DNA of 40,216 nucleotides from a virus (lineage: Duplodnaviria; Caudoviricetes). The stretch lies in the IMG/VR virus record IMGVR_UViG_3300030376_006429, positions 1-40,216 of that record; one strand, 5' to 3'. Positions within the stretch are counted from its first letter, which is position 1, and each line of letters begins with the position of its first letter. Below are positions 1 to 6,295 of this stretch, piece by piece. The notes under the pieces were generated by a model that worked only from the letters and a program-made list of their open reading frames with translations, was not told where the DNA came from and did no database searches. The translations under genes and the position numbers were made by a program.

Positions 1-1
1 C

Positions 2-172
2 TGTTATCAACTAAATCCACAATATAAAGCTCCATACAAAGTTATAGCAAGAAATGGAGACAAGTATGAGTGGCATCATAACAAAAGAATGTTGATAATG
101 AACAGAGCTGAGAGACTAAAAAGACTTGTATTATACGCAATTAAAGATATAAATCAAGCAAATGGAAAATGA
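2..172 (+). CDS. Hypothetical protein, 3' fragment (5' end outside window)
   Basis: Open frame from base 2 (CYQLNPQYKAPYKVIARNGDKYEWHHNKRM...NGK*) ending TGA at 170-172, overlapping the next ATG; translated by hand. Confidence 0.55.
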   Translation, partial: CYQLNPQYKAPYKVIARNGDKYEWHHNKRMLIMNRAERLKRLVLYAIKDINQANGK

Positions 173-251
173 TAAACGAGACTTAGCGTTAATACTATTT
201 GGGTTAGCGCTAATATTTTACATAACTATACTAACTATAAAATTAATTTAA
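162..251 (+). CDS. Small single-TM membrane protein (29 aa)
   Basis: MENDKRDLALILFGLALIFYITILTIKLI*; fills the gap exactly before the ATG at 253; charged N-terminus followed by a hydrophobic stretch. Confidence 0.5.
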   Translation: MENDKRDLALILFGLALIFYITILTIKLI

Positions 252-252
252 A

Positions 253-705
253 ATGGAATCAAAAGAACCAACAAACGAAAAAATAATAGATGCTGTAAAA
301 AAGTATTATGGTATAATAATAGATGAAAACGCTTATCAAAGCGCTGATGTATACGCTTACGAAGAAACAACCGCAGATGGTTATTCTGTATATGTTGTAA
401 CCGGTGACATGGACAGCGTATGTATACCTGAAGATGTATATTATTACGAAAGTGATATACCGTCAGCCATTATGGAATATATAGATAATGGTAATGGCGA
501 CTGTACTATATATGCAGATCAATACTTTTTAGATGATATATACTTTGACGATGTATTATTAGAAGCATTTCAAGAAATAGCAGATAAGATATATGACGAA
601 ATTATGAATTATGATGAAGTAGATTATGGCTTTGACATGGCAGAAATATTATGGCTCAAAGAAGAATTTACTGAGTCAGAAGAAATTAATCAGACTGTTA
701 GTTAG
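253..705 (+). CDS. Highly acidic early protein (DNA-mimic candidate)
   Basis: 150 aa with about 39 D/E versus 6 K and no R or H (hand count), Tyr-rich; A-rich leader. Confidence 0.8.
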   Translation: MESKEPTNEKIIDAVKKYYGIIIDENAYQSADVYAYEETTADGYSVYVVTGDMDSVCIPEDVYYYESDIPSAIMEYIDNGNGDCTIYADQYFLDDIYFDDVLLEAFQEIADKIYDEIMNYDEVDYGFDMAEILWLKEEFTESEEINQTVS

Positions 706-723
706 TTAATAGTAGTTTAGTTT

Positions 724-789
724 CCACGAATAGCAAAGGCATCGCGCCGCGGCGTAAGCTCGTACTCAAAAGGTACGGGCTTTTCGTGG
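724..789 (+). ncRNA. GC-rich structured RNA element with tRNA-like topology (or terminator/attenuator)
   Basis: CCACGAA(724-730) pairs with TTCGTGG(783-789); AAGCTCGTAC(756-765) pairs with GTACGGGCTT(773-782) around a 7-nt loop TCAAAAG; small GCGC/GCGT hairpin at 744-755; lies in an otherwise AT-rich intergenic gap. Confidence 0.55.
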
Positions 790-790
790 T

Positions 791-1006
791 ATGAATAATA
801 TAAATATGATGAAAGCGTTTATGTTGTTAGGGGATCTATCAACTAAACAAGGTGAAGAGCTGTCAGACATGGCAGTAAAATACCAAGAAAGAATAGCTTT
901 TGCTACAATGAGAGCTGCTATACCTGACTGGCAACCACCAAGTGATTGGGACAAGTTGAGTAATGCAGAAAAGCATAAAAGACTTAAAAAGCTAAAGTCA
1001 GTATGA
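791..1006 (+). CDS. Hypothetical protein (true start may be ATG at 806)
   Basis: 71-aa ORF in operon context; the ATG at 806 has an A-rich leader. Confidence 0.75.
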   Translation: MNNINMMKAFMLLGDLSTKQGEELSDMAVKYQERIAFATMRAAIPDWQPPSDWDKLSNAEKHKRLKKLKSV

Positions 1007-1116
1007 ATTGCAGTTATTGTAACAAACCTCTTTCTTTTGAAGAAAAAATATATTTTGAAAAGTATGTACAAGAAATGCCTTTATGCACACAATGTTGTAT
1101 ACTTTTCAATAGATAA
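1003..1116 (+). CDS. Small zinc-ribbon protein (37 aa)
   Basis: MNCSYCNKPLSFEEKIYFEKYVQEMPLCTQCCILFNR*; CxxC...CxxC; ATGA overlap with upstream stop; not in the ORF track. Confidence 0.6.
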   Translation: MNCSYCNKPLSFEEKIYFEKYVQEMPLCTQCCILFNR

Positions 1117-1154
1117 TTACAAACTAAATACGACGACTAACGGATAATATTAAT
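1117..1154 (+). promoter_or_regulatory. Putative phage promoter region
   Basis: Only non-coding gap here: TTACAAACTAAATACGACGACTAACGGATAATATTAAT; bipartite look with a GATAAT -10-like hexamer just before the ATG at 1155; single copy in the window. Confidence 0.35.
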
Positions 1155-1472
1155 ATGAAAGAAAATGAAATCGAAAAATTAGCTCAACTATTATTTGATA
1201 AAATAATGGAAAAACAAGAACAAGCTGATATAGAATATGCTGATCAAATACAAAAGCTAGTTAGTCAAGGCTACACAGTGTCTGACATAGCTAGAAATGA
1301 AACAGATGCCTTTGGATTAAATCAAGAGGAAAGACTTGTAGGCGAACTAGCAAGACTACAAACTATAATGATGATATTTGAAGACAAAGAAGAATACGAA
1401 AAAGCAGCAATGATACTAAAGAAAATAAATAAAATAAATAATAAATTAAATAATGGAAGTGGAAAATATTAA
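1155..1472 (+). CDS. Coiled-coil protein with C-terminal UvrB/UvrC (UVR) motif
   Basis: LVGELARLQTIMMIFEDKEEYEKAAMILKKINKI resembles the UVR consensus (..EdFEkAA.lRD.I). Confidence 0.65.
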   Translation: MKENEIEKLAQLLFDKIMEKQEQADIEYADQIQKLVSQGYTVSDIARNETDAFGLNQEERLVGELARLQTIMMIFEDKEEYEKAAMILKKINKINNKLNNGSGKY

Positions 1473-2325
1473 AGCAATGTTGGCTCATAAATATAATGAG
1501 GACAAAGCAGATTACCCAGCATTTATACAACCGAAACTAGATGGCGTACGCTGTTTATTTACTGCCAAAGGCGCGTTCTCTCGTGCTAATAACAGGTTTA
1601 TGAATGTAGAACACATTGAAAAGGTATTAAAGCCTTTCTTTGCAAAAAACCCTACAGCTATACTCGACGGCGAGCTGTACAATCACGGACTAAAAGATGA
1701 CTTTGAAAAGATAATTTCATTAGTTAAAAAGAAAAAACCAACAGATCAAGACAAAGCAGAAGCTGCAGAGCTAGTTGAGTATCATATATACGATGTAGCA
1801 AGCATGACAATAGCTCCTTATAGTACAAGGTCAACTTATATTACTTCTCACGTATTCCAACTCTATGGCGGTTTTACAATGAACAAAAAGTCATGCTGGC
1901 CAATAATGCCAGTTCAAACTGAGGTTGCGTTAGACTTTGATGAAGCTCTTAAAATGCACAAAGAAAACCTTAAACTAGGTTATGAAGGTAGTATATACAG
2001 ATCTATGGACGGTAAATACAAAGGCACAAGATCATGGGATCTTATGAAGTTTAAAGACTTTCACGATGACGAAGCTACAATTGTTGGCTATGAAATAGGT
2101 AAAGGTAAACGTGAAGGTACGCTAGGTAAGTTTATAATGCAAGATGATGAAGGTATAGAATTTGGCTGTCCTCCAGGTAAAGGCTATGATTATCAAGCAC
2201 TTACAAACATGCTTAATAATGTTCATGATTACATAGGTCAACGAGCTACGTTTACTTACTTTCAAAGAACTCAAGCAGGTTCTTACAGACATCCACATTA
2301 CAAATGCTTACGTAATTATGAGTAA
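1453..2325 (+). CDS. ATP-dependent DNA ligase
   Basis: Motif I KLDGVR, motif III LDGELY, YHIYDV, motif IV GYEG, motif V LMKFK and a C-terminal OB fold ending YRHP. Confidence 0.93.
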   Translation: MEVENIKAMLAHKYNEDKADYPAFIQPKLDGVRCLFTAKGAFSRANNRFMNVEHIEKVLKPFFAKNPTAILDGELYNHGLKDDFEKIISLVKKKKPTDQDKAEAAELVEYHIYDVASMTIAPYSTRSTYITSHVFQLYGGFTMNKKSCWPIMPVQTEVALDFDEALKMHKENLKLGYEGSIYRSMDGKYKGTRSWDLMKFKDFHDDEATIVGYEIGKGKREGTLGKFIMQDDEGIEFGCPPGKGYDYQALTNMLNNVHDYIGQRATFTYFQRTQAGSYRHPHYKCLRNYE

Positions 2326-2467
2326 TAATTGTAATTATTCAGGCCTTGCATCTACAGAGTCATGGGGCAAGCCAGCTTGTGAGATGTGTGGAAAATTTAT
2401 GAAACAAGAAGATTATGATTACTGCGACATATGCGGTGATTGTTTAGATGAAAATGATTATATATGA
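2318..2467 (+). CDS. Small Cys-rich zinc-finger protein (49 aa)
   Basis: MSNNCNYSGLASTESWGKPACEMCGKFMKQEDYDYCDICGDCLDENDYI*; CxxC...CxxCxxC; overlaps neighbours on both sides. Confidence 0.6.
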   Translation: MSNNCNYSGLASTESWGKPACEMCGKFMKQEDYDYCDICGDCLDENDYI

Positions 2468-2550
2468 GAAAATTAATATGGAAATTATATAATGAAAACA
2501 TGATAAGCATGGAAGTGGCTGAAATGTTATTAGAAAAATACTATGAATGA
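2464..2550 (+). CDS. Small hypothetical protein (28 aa)
   Basis: MRKLIWKLYNENMISMEVAEMLLEKYYE*; ATGA overlaps at both ends indicate translational coupling. Confidence 0.55.
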   Translation: MRKLIWKLYNENMISMEVAEMLLEKYYE

Positions 2551-3026
2551 ATATATTTTATTTACATAAAGATCCAGTTATAGCTGCTAAGGTACAATAT
2601 AATAAGCATGTTGTTAAAATGATCTTAGAATCAGCTCAAATGCTTTGTACGGCACATCATCATTACGATGAAAATACAGATGTACCATATAGAAAAGCTC
2701 ATTACAATCATCCATCTACAATATGGACTAGACAAAATAAAAATCATTACAGATGGTTATTTAATCATATGATAGCGCTAGGTGATGAATATACAGCTAG
2801 GTATGGTAAAATACATTTATCAATAAGTAAATGTTTCTTGCCATTATATAGGTACCCTGTAGGTATGCCTGATAGTGTGTTTAAACAACCGCCACAATGT
2901 ATGCCTGATGAATACAAAGATGAATGTAGTATAAAAGCTTATTGGAATTATTACATAGGCGAAAAACACGTAGTAGCAAACAAAGATGAGAAAGTTTATA
3001 AAAAAACGCCGGTGCTTCCGGCATAA
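2547..3026 (+). CDS. Pyrimidine dimer DNA glycosylase (DenV/Pyr_excise family)
   Basis: N-terminal MNIFYL.....AA....KHVVKMILESAQML, H.NHPS..W.R, EY..RYGK.H, PQCMP.EYK and AY..YY motifs typical of the family. Confidence 0.8.
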   Translation: MNIFYLHKDPVIAAKVQYNKHVVKMILESAQMLCTAHHHYDENTDVPYRKAHYNHPSTIWTRQNKNHYRWLFNHMIALGDEYTARYGKIHLSISKCFLPLYRYPVGMPDSVFKQPPQCMPDEYKDECSIKAYWNYYIGEKHVVANKDEKVYKKTPVLPA

Positions 3027-3156
3027 AAGATACGTAAGTAAACGTATGGCTGAATTACAAATGGAAATATGTAGTGAAGCAATAAAAACAGGTTTAGTTA
3101 ATGAAACCAAAAGACAACAATTATTTAAATACAAAGAACATTATGAGTGCTTGTGA
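2986..3156 (+). CDS. Small basic hypothetical protein (56 aa)
   Basis: MRKFIKKRRCFRHKRYVSKRMAELQMEICSEAIKTGLVNETKRQQLFKYKEHYECL*; fills the gap on the coding strand; start uncertain. Confidence 0.45.
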   Translation: MRKFIKKRRCFRHKRYVSKRMAELQMEICSEAIKTGLVNETKRQQLFKYKEHYECL

Positions 3157-3262
3157 CAAAATATTTAATTCTTTTCAAGAATATATAGAAGCCGAAAATA
3201 TGGTTTTTGAAACTCTTGATGTTAAGATAAAAAGTATGACATTAGGGTCTAAGGATATATAG
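3143..3262 (+). CDS. Small hypothetical protein (39 aa)
   Basis: MSACDKIFNSFQEYIEAENMVFETLDVKIKSMTLGSKDI*; fills the gap before 3273. Confidence 0.4.
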   Translation: MSACDKIFNSFQEYIEAENMVFETLDVKIKSMTLGSKDI

Positions 3263-3278
3263 TAAGGGGCTAATGTCA
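3237..3278. promoter_or_regulatory. Inverted repeat covering the start codon of the HTH gene (operator, translational hairpin or origin candidate)
   Basis: TGACATTAG(3237-3245)-N24-CTAATGTCA(3270-3278); perfect 9-bp arms; the right arm contains the ATG at 3273. Confidence 0.5.
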
Positions 3279-3893
3279 CACAGGAATTTAACATATTTAA
3301 ATAGGAAGAGGATAGTGTATCGTAAGTACTCTTCAGACGATCCAACAGATAGTTTTGATTGGGGTTGGTATTATGCTGATGGTACTTATGGGTATTACTC
3401 ATTGTTTAATACTAAAGCTAAAATTAATAGTTACAAGTCTTTAAAATGGCATCTATTAACTTTATGGTATTTAAATCCTCAATTAACTATGGATGAGTTT
3501 AAAGAATTATCTGAGTATATATGTTACGAAGATAATGGTTTTATTACTTTTAAAGTACCTGAACAAATATTAAACAACATGATCTATGAAGTATATATGG
3601 AAGATCTTGATCAACCACCTAAAAATAGATTACGTAAAATAGTATTTAAAGATGGTACTGGATTAAGTACTAATGAAAAACTAAGTATTGTAGGTAGTAT
3701 AATAGGTAAAGGTAAAATTATTAAACAAGATGATATTTACGATGCAATGCTATACACGCATGAGCAGGGTAAAATAACAATTGCTAAATTAGCTGAAATT
3801 TTAAATTGTACAACAAGAACAATACATAGAAACATGGGTGAAGAACTCAAAAGAGAGAAAGAGCTATTAAATAGACAACATGAAAAAATATAA
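3273..3893 (+). CDS. DNA-binding protein with C-terminal helix-turn-helix (regulator or replication initiator)
   Basis: C-terminal KITIAKLAEILNCTTRTIHRN is a canonical HTH pattern; located at the head of the replication block. Confidence 0.7.
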   Translation: MSHRNLTYLNRKRIVYRKYSSDDPTDSFDWGWYYADGTYGYYSLFNTKAKINSYKSLKWHLLTLWYLNPQLTMDEFKELSEYICYEDNGFITFKVPEQILNNMIYEVYMEDLDQPPKNRLRKIVFKDGTGLSTNEKLSIVGSIIGKGKIIKQDDIYDAMLYTHEQGKITIAKLAEILNCTTRTIHRNMGEELKREKELLNRQHEKI

Positions 3894-4635
3894 TGTAAAA
3901 AACTATATAAGGTATAAAGAAGATGTTAAAAGGTCTATTGAAAGTGTAAAAGTAAAAAGATTTATTGACTACACTCCAAAAGAACTTAAAATAATATTCT
4001 TACCTTTAGTAGAAAATATATCTAGAAAATTTGCAACTTCACAGGAAGCATCAGGTGTTATGTCTATTATGGATATAATGCAAGAAGGCAGTTTACAACT
4101 ATGTAAAGCTGTAGATAAAATAGATAGAACAAGGTTAATAGAGTCTGAAGACATCGAGAAGACTTTAAAATCTTTTTTAGCTAAAAGAATAAGAGGTGGC
4201 ATACGTAGAGCTATTGATATAAATAGAGGCACAATGCGTATACCTGAACATAAGCTAAATGAAATGCGTAAAGATGGAGGTAAAGATAAAAAGATGGTTG
4301 CTATGTTTTTTAATAGCATATTCTTAAGTATTGATGCTAATCCAGCTGATGAAGATATGGTTTACCAAATACCTGATAAATCAGATCCTTATAATGAAAC
4401 ACTGCTTAATGCTTATATATTAAGTTTGTTAAACAAACATTTAACTCCTGACGAAGTTTTTGTTTTAAATAAAAGCTATGGCCTTGATGGTAAAAAATGG
4501 TCTGCTAATGATATAGCAGCAGGTTTAGATATTAAAGGTGTGTCTGCGTACGTTAGAGTATCAGAGCTTAAAAAGCAAGCAGTAAATAAGTTAATAGACA
4601 ATGTAGATCACTCGCAAGTGCTTGATTATCTGTAA
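3880..4635 (+). CDS. Phage-encoded sigma70-family RNA polymerase sigma factor
   Basis: Region 2 (LPLVENISRKF...DIMQEGSLQLCKAVDK...RIRGGIRRAI...TMRIPEH) and region 4 (LTPDEVFVLNKSYGL...SANDIA...RVSELKKQAVNKL). Confidence 0.85.
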   Translation: MKKYNVKNYIRYKEDVKRSIESVKVKRFIDYTPKELKIIFLPLVENISRKFATSQEASGVMSIMDIMQEGSLQLCKAVDKIDRTRLIESEDIEKTLKSFLAKRIRGGIRRAIDINRGTMRIPEHKLNEMRKDGGKDKKMVAMFFNSIFLSIDANPADEDMVYQIPDKSDPYNETLLNAYILSLLNKHLTPDEVFVLNKSYGLDGKKWSANDIAAGLDIKGVSAYVRVSELKKQAVNKLIDNVDHSQVLDYL

Positions 4636-4665
4636 ATTAACAATTAAATATGTAATTATATATAT

Positions 4666-5226
4666 ATGACAATATACCAAAAATTAACCCAAATTCAAAC
4701 GAAGTTTAAATCGAAGAAGAGTAGATTTAACTCATTCGGTAAGTATTATTTCCGATCTGCCGAAGACATCCTAGAAGCAACAAAACCCTTTTTAAAGGAG
4801 CTAGATGTATCAGTTACGATTAAAGAAGAATTAATTTCTTTTGATCCACCTGTTATGCAAGTTACTGCTAGATTAAATAATGGTAAAGAAGAAACAGGTA
4901 CAGGTAATATTAAAACTGTTTCAGCTGTAGCTATTGTTGGTGTTGACTTAGATCAGAAAGGCATGCAGATGCCACAACGATATGGTGCAGCAAGTTCTTA
5001 TGGTAAGAAGTATGCACTAGGTAATCTGTTCTTGATTGATGATACTCAAGATGCAGATGCCACAAACAACCACGGTAAAAAACAAACTATTACCGAAAAA
5101 GCTATCATATCAGCACAACAATTAGCTAAAGCTAAAGATTATGTTAAGAGTGGTGGTAAATTAGATGCAATAAAATCTAAATATAGTTTAACAAAAGAGC
5201 AAGAGAAAGAATTAGCGACGTTATGA
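4666..5226 (+). CDS. ERF-family ssDNA annealing protein
   Basis: K...N.FGKY.FRSAEDILEA.KP and Q.YGAASSYGKKYALGNLFLIDD..DAD signature. Confidence 0.88.
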   Translation: MTIYQKLTQIQTKFKSKKSRFNSFGKYYFRSAEDILEATKPFLKELDVSVTIKEELISFDPPVMQVTARLNNGKEETGTGNIKTVSAVAIVGVDLDQKGMQMPQRYGAASSYGKKYALGNLFLIDDTQDADATNNHGKKQTITEKAIISAQQLAKAKDYVKSGGKLDAIKSKYSLTKEQEKELATL

Positions 5227-5957
5227 AAAATAAAAAAGAAGTATTAGAGAAGCTGAAGGACGATGAACATTATTATGGCGAATACGGTAGACAATTTATA
5301 TCTAACTCAGATATAAGAACACTGATGACAAATCCGCTTGAGTTCAAAAAGCCAACTCCATCAGCTCCTCACTTTCTTATAGGAGGCTATTTTCACACTG
5401 CTATTCTTGAACCAGATAAGATTAAAAATTTCAAGATAGTAGAAGCTAGCTCACGTAATACAAAAGCATATAAAGAAATAACAGATGGTGAAATTTGTCT
5501 ATTACAACATGAAGTTGATAAAGTAGAAGCTTTAGTTGATAAGATGATGAACAACACTGTGTGTAGAGAATTTATACACACTGAAGGCAATGAGTTTGAA
5601 GTTCCAGGTGTTGCACACTTAGGTGGTAATTACTGGAAAGGTAAAGCTGATATTGTAAATCACAAAGAAAAATTAGTTATTGATTTGAAGACTACCGCAG
5701 ACTTAGCAAAGTTCCATTGGTCAGCAAAGAAATATAATTATGATTCACAAGCTTTTGTATATAAGAACTTATTTGGCTATGACATGTTGTTCATAGCAAT
5801 AGATAAGAATACAGGACAAATAGGTATATTTGATTGTTCAGATGAGTTTTTATCATCTGGCTTTGCTAAAGTTGAAAAAGCAAATGAAATATACGATTTG
5901 TTCTACAAAACAGAGGACTTTGAACCTCACAATTATTTTATAAATAAAACCCTATAA
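5223..5957 (+). CDS. PD-(D/E)XK exonuclease (RecE/ExoVIII-like)
   Basis: YY....ISNS, G..FHTAILEP, KGKAD......IDLKTT and Y.YD.QA..Y motifs; adjacent to ERF. Confidence 0.85.
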   Translation: MKNKKEVLEKLKDDEHYYGEYGRQFISNSDIRTLMTNPLEFKKPTPSAPHFLIGGYFHTAILEPDKIKNFKIVEASSRNTKAYKEITDGEICLLQHEVDKVEALVDKMMNNTVCREFIHTEGNEFEVPGVAHLGGNYWKGKADIVNHKEKLVIDLKTTADLAKFHWSAKKYNYDSQAFVYKNLFGYDMLFIAIDKNTGQIGIFDCSDEFLSSGFAKVEKANEIYDLFYKTEDFEPHNYFINKTL

Positions 5958-5958
5958 T

Positions 5959-6282
5959 ATGGCAGGAATAGTAAAAGCAAGTATCAATTTAAGCGCAATT
6001 GATAAATCAAAAATAATTGATGGTAAGAAAGGTAAATACCTACCTATTACAATCACTATTAATGACGAGCCAGACCAGTTCGGTAATCAAGGTCCTGTTT
6101 GTATGGAGCAAACTAAAGAAGAGAGAGAAGCAAAAGCTGCTAAGGTTTATTTAGGCAATGTTAAAGTCTTATGGACTAACGGAGCGTTTCCTGAAAAAGT
6201 ACCTTATGATGGTAATTTAGCTGCACCACAGCCAAATAGTAAACCACAAGCAGTAGCTGCTGATCCAGATCTACCATTTTAA
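5959..6282 (+). CDS. Single-stranded DNA-binding protein
   Basis: 107 aa with a flexible P/Q/A tail ending DPDLPF (SSB C-terminal motif); lies between exonuclease and helicase. Confidence 0.75.
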   Translation: MAGIVKASINLSAIDKSKIIDGKKGKYLPITITINDEPDQFGNQGPVCMEQTKEEREAKAAKVYLGNVKVLWTNGAFPEKVPYDGNLAAPQPNSKPQAVAADPDLPF

Positions 6283-6295
6283 TTAAATAAAATAA

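Noticed and set aside
724-790. Functional tRNA gene or hammerhead ribozyme
   Set aside because: No 7-nt anticodon loop, no TTC T-loop, no CCA; no CTGATGA core on either strand. Kept only as an unknown structured element.
3008-3022. GCCGG-TGCTT-CCGGC hairpin at the end of the glycosylase gene
   Set aside because: Only 5 bp, no U tract, inside overlapping coding frames; could be chance.
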